From the NCBI RefSeq assembly GCF_964213995.1, contig NW_027590468.1, forward strand, positions 190,071 to 250,000: a stretch of DNA of 59,930 bases. The letters run 5' to 3'. The notes under the pieces were generated by a model that was not told the DNA's origin, ran no database searches, and saw only the letters and a list, made by a program, of their open reading frames with translations. Shown here piece by piece: positions 1-11,730 of the stretch. Position 1 is the first letter of the stretch; each line of letters begins with the position of its first letter. The DNA is from Mustelus asterias. Lineage: Eukaryota. The position numbers and the translations under genes were made by a program.

Positions 1-66
1 GGCAGTCGGGGGGCGGGCAGTCGGGGGGCGGGCAGTCGGGGGGGCGGGCAGTCGGGGGGGCGGGCA
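1..66 (+). repeat. G-rich tandem repeat (GGCAGTCGGGGG(G)CG)n, about 4 copies
   Basis: Directly visible unit GGCAGTC-G5-7-CG repeated at the window start. Confidence 0.85.
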
Positions 67-88
67 ATGCTGAGACTGGGAGAAGTGA

Positions 89-480
89 CCACCAGGGGGC
101 AGCATTGCAGCTTCTGTCCCCCTATTGAAACTGGGATTGTTGCTCCATCTGCTGCACAATCCCAACCCCATCCACTGGGGGCAACCTGGACAATGGCTGC
201 AGACAGACCTCACTGCGCACGCGCCGCAATGACACCCACCGCCGGCGGCCATCTTGCGTTGCCAAGGGAGACGGCCAGCGGCCATATTCCGTTGCCAAGG
301 GAGACGGCGGCGGCGACCATCTTGCGTTGCCAGGGGAGACGGCATCAATGCGGCGGCGTCCCGCGCGCTGACCTCTGGGAGCATTCCCGTCCCGCACATG
401 CGCACAGGCCGCCCCGCCCCCTCGACAGACCCCCCTGTTGTCCCGCCAACGAGCATGGGGCCGGGCCGGAGTGGGCAAGA
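89..480. promoter_or_regulatory. CpG-rich promoter-like island with CTCF-like, NRF1-like, YY1-like and 3x RFX X-box-like motifs
   Basis: CCACCAGGGGGCAG at 89-102; TGCGCACGCGC and GCACATGCGCA; three ~33-bp units containing CCAT(C/A)TT plus GTTGCCA(A/G)GGGAGAC at ~245-340; high CpG density. Confidence 0.5.
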
Positions 481-1789
481 GGTGACACTGGGGAGGAGCA
501 GCCCCCGGGAGCGTTACAGCGACGCCTGGTGGCCAGGAAGGGCAATAGCAGCAGCACAGTCTCTGCCCAAAGGCTTCCCCAGTTCAGCTGCTCAGAGACA
601 CTGGGAATGTCTTCAAGTGGAAACTTCAGCTTCTCACATTCACCCCCTGTGTTCAGTCATTGTTTCCTAGACAAAGTAGTGAAGAACATTGGGAGAACAT
701 GCTTCCAGCTTAAGAATTCCACAAAATCAGCAGAATTGTAAAATTATGTCAACTCTTGTACTCTGATGTGAAGAAGTAATTTTATATCATGGGCAGTCCT
801 CATTTATTGGGAGACTAAGAGGCGTTACCCAATGACAGGATTGGCTTGTTGCTCAGTGTTGTCAAGAATTGGCCACCGAACAACATTGGTTGTAGCCCAA
901 TAACTTTACCTGCTCCTGCCTGTCTTTCTCTGCGCCTCTGGGTCTCTGTTCACCTCGGTGTCCATCCTGCACTCTCAATATTTTGGCGGCTAATGTCTGT
1001 CTCCTCTCTCTGTGTCTCAAAGCCCCTCTCTCCCTCAACCGTTTTCCAGCAACGTGCAGAATTTAGAACATGCAATTTCTCCCAGTCTCCTATTTCAATA
1101 AATTCCCCAAGCCCCATTAGGGGACAGCTGATGTGTTAGCCAAAATATCATCATGACAACTCTGAGGAAAGTTTAAACTTGAAGCAGGTGCACTGAAATC
1201 CGACAATCTGTCAGATAAATGTGAGGTTGGAGTCAAATTTACATCCTTTCGATGTGTGGAGAGAACTTTAATAAGAGATCGAATCTTAGCAGTATTGCTG
1301 TGGTTTCAAATGTTGTAACACGAGTATAGTTTAACAGAAAGGCCTGGAACACTCAAAACAGATAAAGCAATTAATTGATGAGGATTCAGACTGAAGTTCG
1401 TATTAGTTCCGTGCATGGTTCCACCTGAATTTAAGTGTATTATAACAAGAATCATGAGAACAAGAAAAAATACAGCAGCAAAATCCTGCAACAAGATCCT
1501 TCAGTAATCTGAGAATTCACTGATCTCCCATTTACCTCACATCACCACCAGAGGGCGATCCCTCACCGTGTTTTTGTGTTCACTGTTTCAGGAGCGGGTT
1601 CCATAACACATGGATATGTTGGGGAGCCACAATCCAAGAGAACAGGATGAATTATTCAATTACACGGTTAAAGGATAGAGAGCAGTAATGCAGGAGAACT
1701 CTGCTTTAATTGTTGGAATACACGATGATATGTAGCAGAGCAGTAATCAAGGAGAACTGCATTAATTGTTAGAATACACTGTAATATTT

Positions 1790-2430
1790 ACAGAGCAGAT
1801 ATGGATGCTAAATTTGCAGACAACACAAAGATAGGTAGGACGATAAATGATGAAGTGCGTGTGAAGATACGATAAAGAAACATAAGTAGGTTAAGTGAAT
1901 TGGCAAAGCTCCGCCAAATTGAGTATAATGTGGTCAAATGTGAAAATGTCCATATTGGCAGGATGAATATAAAATACACTTAATATTTAAACGGTGAAAG
2001 ATTACAAAATTCTGAGGTACAGAGGGATTGGGCTGTCCTAGGGCACGAATCGAAAGGGGCTAAGGTACAGGTATAGTAATTAATTAAAAACGTCATAAAA
2101 TATGATCATTCACTACGAGGGAATCTATTATAAAATAGGAAGGGTATGTTTCCGTTGTACGGGGCATTGGTGAGACCACACCTGGAGTATTGCGGACAAT
2201 ACGTATCTCCTTATCTAAAGAAAGATGGTAATGCGTTAAAAAACGTTCAGAGAAGGTTTGCTGTAATAGTATCCAGGTCCGTGCGGGTTATCTGTATCCG
2301 CGGTAAGAATATTGATGTTGGGTTTGTATCCACTTGAGTTTCGAAGACTCAGAGATAACTTCATTGAAACCTTTAAAGCCATAAGGGGTATTAACGGTGT
2401 GGATGTGGAGCGAATTGTTCCTCGTGTCCG
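1790..2430 (+). mobile_element. CR1-type LINE fragment (degenerate RT C-terminus)
   Basis: Remnant peptides [23 protein letters not shown] and FRRLRDNFIETFK. Confidence 0.8.
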
Positions 2431-2743
2431 TGTTGTAGCTGCACTGGGTATTTCTGGGTCTTTATATTTCTCGGCGTGTGTATATCTGGGCTCTTGTTTC
2501 TGCGTCTGTTCCCAATGCGGTTGTAATGTCCACGGGAGGGCGCTCTCTGATCACTTACCGAACATCACAGTTGCCTTCTGCAGGGAGTGACTATTTGCAG
2601 ATATAAAAATGGGTGGGGAAATAAACCCCAGCCAATCGCACCACACCTTGTTGACTCTTTCAACTTCTCACATTCCAGGTCCGGTACAGAGAGAGATCAT
2701 TGTTTCCGTTTCTGGAGCTCAGACTGGAACGCTGGGGGTGAAA

Positions 2744-3214
2744 ATGTTCCTGATTCTAGTTATTGCACTGATCACAGGTCAGTGATTCTGGTCACAGATT
2801 GTAAAGTATATCGCAAACCTTGTGCAATTTCCCTTTCCCAGCGCTGTGTGACTATCGTCTTCCTCTGACTCCTAACCCGCTGTGCGTCCGCTGTTTATTT
2901 TCAGAGATGAGTAATGGAGACTCAGTGTTCCAGTCAGAACCAGGAGTTGAAGCAGCAGAGGGTGAAGATTCAGCAATACCCTGCAGTTACTCTGTGCCGA
3001 GTTCAGCTATACAACATGACCTGTTCTGGTATCGCCAGTATCCACACCGAGCTCCTCAGTATCTGCTCAGAGCCAATAGTTATGGGTTTACCGATACGGC
3101 TCCCGGCTTTGGACACTTCAGCGGGAATCTCAACCAGACACAAAGCACTTTTCACTTGTCCATGAAAGATTTGAAGATGAGAGACAGCGCCGTGTGTTAC
3201 TGTGCACTGAGACC
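2744..3214 (+). CDS. TCR alpha/delta V segment, family A (leader exon 2744-2777, V exon 2905-3214), apparently intact
   Basis: Leader MFLILVIALIT|gt; ag acceptor at 2904; PCSYS..LFWYRQYP..DSAVCYCALRP; followed by a 23-RSS. Confidence 0.9.
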
Positions 3215-3253
3215 CACAGTGAGTGAGGCTCCCGCGGGCCTCAGACAAAAAGT
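3215..3253 (+). other. 23-bp spacer recombination signal sequence
   Basis: CACAGTG-23 nt-ACAAAAAGT. Confidence 0.95.
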
Positions 3254-3639
3254 GACGCAGACGTTTCAGGGTCAGAGAAAAAGAGTCGGATCTCAACGAA
3301 AATGCGCAGAAAATGAAGGCCACAATACAGCCCCAGCTGAATAATATTCCCCCACTGAGCTCAGCCATTGTCAGTGTTGTGAAATGTCACATTTGCCGTC
3401 CTATTATTCCCGGATCAAATCCAACCATTCTCCGACCCCATCCGCACAAAATCTGCAGATTATCCCGGGTGAATAACTTCCTTAATCTGTACTTAGAAAG
3501 ATTCTGGATTCGGTGCCTATCTGCCCGGCCACACATTTTAAAAGTGATCTATTGTCAAATGCAGCCTCAGAATTGTCCCATTTTCAAGTCCGTGGAGCAG
3601 AAATAATGACTGCTTGAAATCAGAGCTTTTCTATTTGGG

Positions 3640-4110
3640 GAATAGAGGGGTACAGTGAAGATTTACCATGCTGATTCCTGGGATGGCAGGTCTGTCATAT
3701 GACGAGAGATTAAATCCGTTAGGATTATATTCACTGGGGTTTCGAAGAGTGAGGGGATCTCATAGAAACTTATAAAATTCTAACAGGGTTAGACAGGGTG
3801 GATTCAGGAGACTGTTCCCAATGCTGGAATCCAGAACTAGGCGTCATCTTTTGAAAGTAAGGGATAAACTGAGGTGAAGGGAAATCCCTTCATCCAGAGA
3901 GTGTTGAATGCATGGAATTCAGTACCACCGAATGTAGTTGAGGCCAAAACGTTGTCTGATTTCAAGAAGAAATTTGATATAGCTCTTGGGGCTAAAGGGG
4001 TCGAGGGATATGGGCGAGGGGGAAGGGGGATCAGGATATTGAACTCCATGATCAGCTATGATTACGATTAATGGCGGAGAAGGCTCCTGCTTCTAGTTTC
4101 TATGTTATGA
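3640..4110 (+). mobile_element. CR1-type LINE 3' fragment
   Basis: Remnants RFTMLIPGMAGLSY, FIQRVLNAWNSVP, FKKKFD, and a CR1-like 3' tail ending ttctatgtt. Confidence 0.75.
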
Positions 4111-4214
4111 GTCCGTGAAATATTTCCTGGTGCAGAGTTGAGTGACGACTTATCCCCGGTACACTTACAGCACTAACTATTAATTATGTTGAGTCATGGC
4201 CATTAGTCTCAACG

Positions 4215-4488
4215 AGCCTGTCCCGACAACAATCCCACCCAGGCCCTATCCCCGTAACCCACATATTTAACCTGCTATCCCCTGACACTAAAGGTAATCT
4301 TGCGTGGCCAATCCAGCAAACCTGCACAGTTTAGGAATGTGGAAGGAAACTGGAGCACCTGAGGAAACCCACGCAGACACGGGGAGAAAGTGCAAACTCC
4401 ACAGAGACAGTGACCCGAGGCTGGAATCGAACCCCTGTCCCTGGGGCTGTGAGGCAGCAATGCTAACCACTGCGCCACCGTGTCGCCC
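4215..4488 (-). mobile_element. HE1-type tRNA-derived SINE
   Basis: Reverse complement begins GGGCGACACGGTGGCGCAGTGGTTAGCATTGCTGCCTCACAGC...GGTTCGATTCC (A/B boxes); matches many other copies in the window. Confidence 0.85.
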
Positions 4489-4736
4489 ATAAATGATTAA
4501 ATTAGTTTCACTTTTCACCTGAATTAGAAAAAAAGGATCTGCCTTCAGAAAGATTGATGGACTGAGTTCTGAGGAAAGCGAGTTCACCAGTTAATGAGAC
4601 AGAATAACTGGTTATGTGGGAGAGAGCAGAGACAGAACAAGGAACTTAGAAATACGTTTACGGCCAGGGAAGGAATGTGATTGGAAAGTGCCAGCTATAT
4701 TAAATCATTAACTAACAGTGTTTGCTTCACTGGTTA

Positions 4737-5060
4737 CGGGGCGGCATGATGCCACAAGGGTTAGCGCTGCTGTCTCACAGTGTCAGGGACCCGGGTTCAA
4801 TTCCGGCTTCGGATCACTTTCTGTATGAAGTTTGCATGTTCTCCCCGTGTCTACGTGGGTCCCCTTCGGCTGCTGCTGATTCCTCCCACAGTCCAAAGAT
4901 GTGCAGGTTGGGTTGATTGGCCATGCTAAATTGACCCGAGTCTCAGGGGATACGCAGGGTAAATACACGGAGTTGCGGGAGTGGGGCCTGGGTGGGATTG
5001 TGACCGGTACAGACTCGATGGGGCGAATGGCCTCCTTCTGCACTGTAGGGATTTTATGAT
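4737..5060 (+). mobile_element. HE1-type SINE
   Basis: GGGGCGGCATGATG...GGACCCGGGTTCAATTCC head and CR1-like tail ...CTGCACTGTAGGGATTTTATGATT. Confidence 0.85.
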
Positions 5061-5064
5061 TCGC

Positions 5065-5228
5065 AGCTGACGTCAGCTCAGGGAGATGAGCCAATCGCAG
5101 CACTGAGAAACGCCTCCCAGTTTCCTAATAATAGAAGCTGCCTCTGATCTGAGTTGACTCTGTGATATAAGACTAGAGGCAGCAACTTATTGTAAACATT
5201 GTCGCTGCTTACTGTCCTATCAGGAACC
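5065..5228 (+). promoter_or_regulatory. V promoter, family B (CRE + CCAAT)
   Basis: TGACGTCA at 5068-5075 and GCCAATC ~5090, about 150 bp upstream of the leader ATG; paralogous sequence at ~8020-8190. Confidence 0.6.
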
Positions 5229-5666
5229 ATGTGTTCCCTGTGTGCTTTACTGATAATAATGGTCACGCTGCCCGGTGAGTCTGAGTTCAAATCCTCAGTG
5301 TGTGTTTCATGGGTTATATTTGTTCACAGATTTCTCACACATTCTACATTTTGTTGCAGGAATCAATGGCCAAGATTCAGTTTCCCAGGACCCGGCTGAA
5401 TTAACGGTTCAGGAAGGATTGAACGTAACAGTGAATTGTAATTACACAACAAAAAATGCTTTTCCAAATCTCTTCTGGTACATCCAGTATCCCGGGGAAG
5501 CTCCGAGATATTTACTGCAGAAATATGGCACGGGTGGCGGAGAAAAGTCTCCAGATTTCCCTGACCGGTTTTCTGCTGATTTGGACAAGGACAAGAAAAC
5601 GGTTCTTTTAAATATCGCCGGTGTCCATGTCTCTGACTGTGCCGTGTATCACTGTGCGCTGAGCCC
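5229..5666 (+). CDS. TCR alpha/delta V segment, family B (leader 5229-5274, V exon 5360-5666), intact
   Basis: MCSLCALLIIMVTLP|gtgagt; QDSVSQDP..VNCNY..LFWYIQYPGEAP..DCAVYHCALSP; RSS CACACTG-23-ACAAAAACC at 5667-5705. Confidence 0.92.
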
Positions 5667-6059
5667 CACACTGTTACAGAGACACAGTCAGCCCGTACAA
5701 AAACCTGCAAAGGCACTCTCACCTCCTCTCACTGAATCAGATCTGTGACCTGGATTGTAAACTGTTAATATAAACAAGACAATAGCATAACGAAGAGTTA
5801 GCCCGAATGCTCTCTTTCCATGGTGCTGAATGTGCCATTCTATATAAATTCCATTTTTATAGCTGTTTGGAGCAACTCTTCCAATGGAAAACTCTGCCGC
5901 TGTTGCCACAACGTTAACCAAGATCCATCTGCGTCCTATCTCAAAGATGAACTCCGGAAAATGACCAATATTCGTTTCCATGCCCTCACTTTGTCAAAGA
6001 GCGACATCACCATTCGGTCGTTTCGCTTCTTCGAGTCCAGTTCATTGTCTGAGAACAGA

Positions 6060-6480
6060 TTCTAATGGTTCCGGCTCCTCGCTCTGACGTCATGCATTGG
6101 AGAACAAAGACTCTCTGAGCTGATTGGATGAAACGTAGGACAGAGAAGCTGTGAGCTGATTGGGTGCCTCCTGCTGGCTCTTTGTCAGGAATGAACCAAT
6201 CGCCAGTGAGGCCGGATATTACTCACCATCTTCTGAACTCTGAACTAAAACAGTTTGAACTCACTGAGTTCAGATCCAGCACCAGCTCGGCGAGACTGCT
6301 GTCTGTTAGTTTTTACACATTCATCATAGCGGCAACTTTCTTAACTGGTAACTTCCCAAGTTGCACAATGCCCAGCATGCTCGAGATACTGAGATAAAAC
6401 ATCTTCCCTTTTAATTGTTTTTCCTCGATTGGTAATGTATTCAGTTACCCTGATCACATTTATTCCCCAACAAAGGCGAT
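6060..6480 (+). pseudogene. Orphan V promoter + leader exon, family C, with no V exon
   Basis: TGACGTCA at 6085 and CCAAT boxes; 52-nt leader-like exon 6296-6347 starting CTG, donor gtaact; paralogous to 9600-9990. Confidence 0.6.
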
Positions 6481-6813
6481 GATAAAACGCTGGGCCGAAT
6501 GGCTTCCTTCTGTAGGGGTTCTATGATTCTATGATTCTCTGATCTCTATATATGTAAATCTTTGCCGTTGGCCTTGTGTGAACCTGCTTCCGATATGCGG
6601 CTGTGCTGTCCACAGGAGGGCGCTCTCTGATCACTTATAAAAAGATCACCATACTCTTCAAAAGGAAGTATCTGTTTGAAGATGTAAAAATGGACGGAGA
6701 GAGGGAGTCACCTTCGACCTCATAACATCCCCCTGATTGTTTCAACTTCTCCAATTGCAGGTCTGATGCAGACAGACATCAGTCTCTCCGTTTCTGGTGT
6801 TCAGACTCGAACC

Positions 6814-7306
6814 ATGGGGTGAAACTCTGTGACTCCGGTTATTGTCCTGATTACAGGTCTGTCATTTTGAACTTCTGCGTGAAATCCTCAATCACCATAT
6901 TCATTCCTCATTTCCATCTGGAGGCGTTACTCCTTCAAACCCGCTGCGTGTCTGTTTTCTATTTTCAGAGATGAGTAACGGAGACTCAGTGCCCCCAGTC
7001 AGAACCAGGAGAGGGTGAAGATTCAGCAATGCCCTGCAGTTACTCGGTATCGAGTTCAGCTATACAACATCACCTGTTCTGGTATCGCCAGTATACACTC
7101 CGAGCTCCTCAGTATCTGCTCAGAGCCGCGAGTTATTTGTTTACCGAGACGGCTCCTGGACTTGAACACTTGAACGGGAATCTCAACCTGAAACAAAGCA
7201 CTTTTCACTTGTCTATGAAAGATTAGAAGGTGACAGACAGCGCCGTGTATTACTGTGCACTGAGACCCAGAGTGAATGAGGCTCCCGCTGGCCTCATATA
7301 AAAACT
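6814..7306 (+). pseudogene. TCR V pseudogene, family A
   Basis: Paralog of 2744-3214; leader ATG-GGG-TGA, FR1 indels, in-frame TAG at 7224, broken heptamer CAGAGTG-23-ATAAAAACT. Confidence 0.9.
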
Positions 7307-8189
7307 GGCGCAGGTCGAAAATCAATGGTTCATTGTCAGGACAACACATGGGGTTAAAAATCAGAGAAAATGTACCCATAGTACGTGACAATACAGCCCC
7401 ATCTGAGTGTTTTCGCTCACTGAGGTAAATGATTGTCACTGTTGGAAAATTTGGCATATATTTACTTGTTTATACCAGATCAATTCCAATCATTCCTCGA
7501 TACCATTCACACAAATCCGCAGATCTACCAGGTGAACAACGTCATCAATCTATCCTTTAAATGTTCCAGATCAGTTAACTGTCTGCACCTTTCAAAAGTG
7601 ATCAAATATCTAAAGGCAGGTTTAGAGTTGTCACATGTTGAAGTTGCTGGGTTAAAAATATTGACTGACTGAAATCAGTGCTTTCCCAGTGGAACCGCAT
7701 CTCAATGCAGAGTTGGGTAATTACGTTTTCCCGGTGTACTTAGAACGGTGTCTATTAATTATCCTCATACCCTGGACACTAATTACCTGTGCATCAGACA
7801 GATTTCAAATTATCTGTTCCATTTTTCACCTTGATTGAAAAGATCTGCCTAAAGAAATATACCGACATTGAGTTGGAAAGAAAGCTAGTTAAACAGAGAA
7901 AGAGACAGAATGACTGAGAATGTGACCGAGAGCAAGAGGGTGGGGAAGACGCACTCAGCCTGGGCTACAATTTGATTGGAGAAAGCCAGCTGCACTTCGT
8001 CGTCAGCAAACAGTGATTGGTCCAAAGCTAACGTCATCTCAGGGAGGCTCGCCAATCACAAAACTGAGAAACGCCCCCCAGTTTCCCAATAATTGCAGTT
8101 GCCTCTGATCTGAGTTGACTCTGTGACACAAGACTGGAAACAACAACATATTTCAAACAGTGTCGCTGCTAACTTTCCAATCAGGAACC

Positions 8190-8625
8190 ATGTGTTCCCT
8201 GTGTGCTTTACTGATAATAATGGTCATGCTGCCCGGTGAGTCTGAGCTCAAATCCCCAGTGTGCATGGGTGATATTTACTCACAGATTTCTCACACATTC
8301 TATATGTTGTTACAGGAACCAATGGCCAAGATTCAGTTTTCCAGGACCTGCTCGAATTAACGGCCCAGGAAGGGCAGACGGTAATATTGAACTGCAACTA
8401 CACAACAAAATACACGACTGGCGAGACTCTCTTCTGGTACATTCAATATCCCGGGGAAGCTCCGAGATATTTACTGAAAAAATACAGCACGGGGAAGGGA
8501 GAAAGGTCTGCAGATTTCCCTGACAAGTTCTCTGCTGATTTAGATCAAGACAAGAAAGCAGTTCCTTTAACAATCACCAGTGTCCGTGTCTCTGACTGTG
8601 CCGTGTGTCACTGTGCGCTGAGCCC
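8190..8625 (+). CDS. TCR alpha/delta V segment, family B (leader 8190-8235, V exon 8316-8625), open frame
   Basis: QDSVFQD..LNCNY..LFWYIQYPGEAP..DCAVCHCALSP; RSS CACACTG-23-ACAAAAATC at 8626-8664. Confidence 0.88.
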
Positions 8626-8829
8626 CACACTGTTACAGAGGCACAGTCAACCCGTACAAAAATCAGCAAAGGCACTCTCACCTCCTATTACTGAATCAGG
8701 TCTGTGACCTGGATTGTGAACTCTTAATATAAACAAAACAACATTATAAAGAACAGTTAATGCGAACGCTCTCTTTCTGTGGCGCTGAACGTATGCTATT
8801 TGATGGGAAAGTCCTCTTGACAGAAGTTT

Positions 8830-9242
8830 TCACAGTGCAGAAGGAGGCCATTCGGCCCATCGAGTCTGCACAGACCACAATCCCACCCAGACCCTATCCC
8901 CATAATTCCATGCATTTACCCTACCCCACCCCCCTGACAATAAGAGGCAATTTATCATGGCCAATCATGGTCAATCATGGCCTGGGTGGGATTGTGGTCG
9001 GTGCAGACTCGATGGGCCGAACGGCCTCCTTCTGCACTGTAGGGTTTCTATGATTCTATGAATCCACCTAACCCGCACATCTTTGGACTGTGGGAGGAAA
9101 CCGGAGCACCCGGAGTACACCCACGCAGACACGGAGAATATGTGCAAACTCCACACTGACAGTGACCCAAGCCACGAATCGATCCCGGGTCCTTGGCACT
9201 GTGAGGTAGCAGCGCTAACCACTGTGCCACAGTGCCTCCCCG
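8830..9242 (-). mobile_element. HE1-type SINE with an internally inverted tail fragment
   Basis: SINE tail at 8831-8895 is the reverse complement of 8978-9042; SINE body at 9060-9240. Confidence 0.75.
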
Positions 9243-9839
9243 TTTACGCGCAATTCCCTAAGTGGAAAAATCAGGGTCTGGTATCAAAGTTTTGACCAAT
9301 ATCCATCATTGTTCTATCTCAAAGATTAACTCCTTAAAAGCACCAACATTCGTTTTAACGCACTCTCTGCGCCATGGAGAGCGGTCGTTATTCGGTCGTT
9401 GAATTTCTTCGAGGCAGTTGATGGATGCATGGATATTCAGGGAAATAAGGGATATGAGGTTGTGCAGGAAGCTGGTTGTGAAGTAAATCAACAATGGTCT
9501 TACTGAACGGCGGTAGCGGGCACTAATGAAGGATCAAATGGTCCACTCCAGCTCCGGGTTCCCTCTTCTCTGATGTCCTTCTGTCCAGTTCATAGTTCTG
9601 AAAACAGACTCAAATGGTTCCGTGCTCCTCCCCATGACGTCATGGATTGGAGAACAACGTCACTCTGAGCTGATTGGATTAAATATAGGACAATGGATGA
9701 TTGGGTGTCTCCTGCTGGCTCTGTCAGGAATGAGCCAATCACCAGTGTGGCCGGATATTACTCAAAATCTTCTGAACTTTGAACTGAAACAATTGAGCTT
9801 GAACTCGCTGAGTTCAGATCCAGCACCAGCTCTGTGAAC

Positions 9840-10128
9840 ATTGCGGCTTTGCTTCTTTACTCATTCCTCACAACTGCAGGTCTCTCAACTGGTAAGCCCC
9901 GAAGTTGCACAGTTCGCGGGCGATACTGACACAGCGATCTTCCCTTTAACATTGTTTCCTTTATTTGCAATTATTTAATTACCCTGATCACATTGTTTCT
10001 AGTAAAGTGCAAAGGACAAAGCGAAAGCTCTTATTTCTATTTTTGCAGGTATCAGTGGTGCAGTTTCTATCTCTCATGAGACGGTTGTTGCAACAAGGAT
10101 TGAAGCAGGATCGCTGACGATTAATTAA
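9840..10128 (+). pseudogene. Truncated V pseudogene, family C (leader 9840-9891 with ATT start, FR1 only)
   Basis: IAALLLYSFLTTAGLST|gtaagc; acceptor at 10048; GISGAVSISHETVVATRIEAGSLTIN* stops at the position of the first Cys. Confidence 0.7.
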
Positions 10129-10144
10129 AATTTAATTAAGTGAT

Positions 10145-10483
10145 ATGATAGTCCTCCGGGTTTATAGATTCTCTTTGCTGTTTCTCACTCTGATCTGCAC
10201 CGCGATGACTGTTGAACAAGAGTTGCTGCAGCTCCCTCAGTGGATGGAAGTTAGTGAAGAGGGAATCGTAACCATGAATTGTACCAGCGCCAGTGTGATG
10301 AACATGGTGCATTGGTACAGACAGTTCCCAAATCAACCACCTCAACATCTGGTGATGGCCATAAGAGAAACCAATCAACACGAGAGGATCACTGCCACAG
10401 TCGGGGGAGACAACAAACTCAGTGTCCTGACTGTGAGAGACACGCAGCTGACAGACACTGCCGCCTATTCCTGCGCCGTGAGG
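10145..10483 (+). CDS. TCR alpha-type V segment with leader and V apparently in one exon
   Basis: MIVLRVYRFSLLFLTLICTAMT continuous with ..TMNC..VHWYRQFPNQPPQHLV..DTAAYSCAVR; RSS CACAGTG-23-ACAGAAACC at 10484-10522. Confidence 0.85.
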
Positions 10484-11249
10484 CACAGTGTAACAAATAC
10501 ATGGAGAGCTCGTACAGAAACCTACACCGAGTAGCAACTGAGCTCTACTGTGTTTGGGGAATCGGGTTTTAAGTGGCGTGGTAATAATAAGGGCTGGGGG
10601 ATTGTGCACGAAAGCAAGTGCATCTCACAGAGGAAGAACTAAAGCGGAACAGAAATGAAGAAATGTGGAAACAAACACAGAGAAATAAAAAGCAAACAGA
10701 TAAAGGCACAGAGGGAAAATGCAATAATGATAACGAGCAAAGAACAAAACATTCGTGAACGATGGAAAAAGAAATGAAATAAAGTGTAAAATAACCAGCG
10801 TCAGACACAGAGGTTAAAAATTAGGGCAAGTTATAAATGAAAATAATCCCAAATAAAGTTGTATTTAATTGTTTTATCAAAATTCATACTTCGTTTATAG
10901 TTAGGCAGTTAAATTTTCTGATAAAGTTTCCTAAGAACTGGTTCTTGGATATTGCTGCATTGAAAAATTAACAATTTCCTCAACGTTCTGATGCTGCAAA
11001 ATTCTTTAAAATTCCTAGATGCTGGAATGTTCTTGCCTGCTACTTGGGAAATGTGTTCATTTTCGGCAAACTGTGTCTAAACCAGCAACATACCGTGACC
11101 ATATCAACTGGGGCCCAGAAGCGGAGAGTGGAGATGAAGGGAGGGTTATACATTAATTCAGGGTTTTCACAGTAACATCATTGCAGTGTTAACGTAAGCC
11201 TACTTGTGACACTGATAAATCAACTTTAAACATAAACTTCTATTTGATA

Positions 11250-11730
11250 GCGCTGGAAAGAGTGCAGAGGAGATTTACCAGGATGCTGCCTGGTTTGGAG
11301 GGTAGTCTTATGAGGAAAGGTTGAGGGAGCTCGGGCTGTTCTCTCTGGAGCGGAGGAGGCTGAGGGGAGACTTAATAGAGGTTTATAAAATGATGAAGGG
11401 GATAGACAGAGTGAACGTTCAAAGACTATTTCCTCGGGTGGATGGAGCTATTACAAGGGGGCATAACTATAGGGTTAGTGGTGGGAGATATAGGAAGGAT
11501 ATCAGAGGTAGGTTCTTTACGCAGAGAGTGGTTGGGGTGTGGAATGGACTGCCTGCTGTGATAGTGGAGTCAGACACTTTAGGAACATTTAAGCGGTTAT
11601 TGGATAGGCACATGGAGCACACCAGGATGGTAGGGAGTGGGATAGCTTGATCTTGGTTTCAGATAAAGCTCGGCACAACATCGTGGGCCGAAGGGCCTAT
11701 TCTGTGCTGTACTGTTCTATGTTCTATGAT
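11250..11730 (+). mobile_element. CR1-type LINE 3' end (young)
   Basis: LERVQRRFTRMLPG..LGLFSLERRRLRGDLIEVYK..FFTQRVVGVWN; tail (GTTCTAT)n. Confidence 0.9.

Noticed and set aside
67-741. 224-aa ORF
   Set aside because: GC-rich, built partly from tandem repeats, no recognisable domain; the homologous copy near 56.8 kb has indels, so it is probably not coding.
1306-1494. Hydrophobic minus-strand ORF resembling a leader
   Set aside because: No convincing donor, V exon or RSS downstream.
4304-4492. tRNA-like A/B boxes and recurring short ORFs such as AQWLALL...
   Set aside because: SINE heads, not tRNA genes or protein-coding genes.
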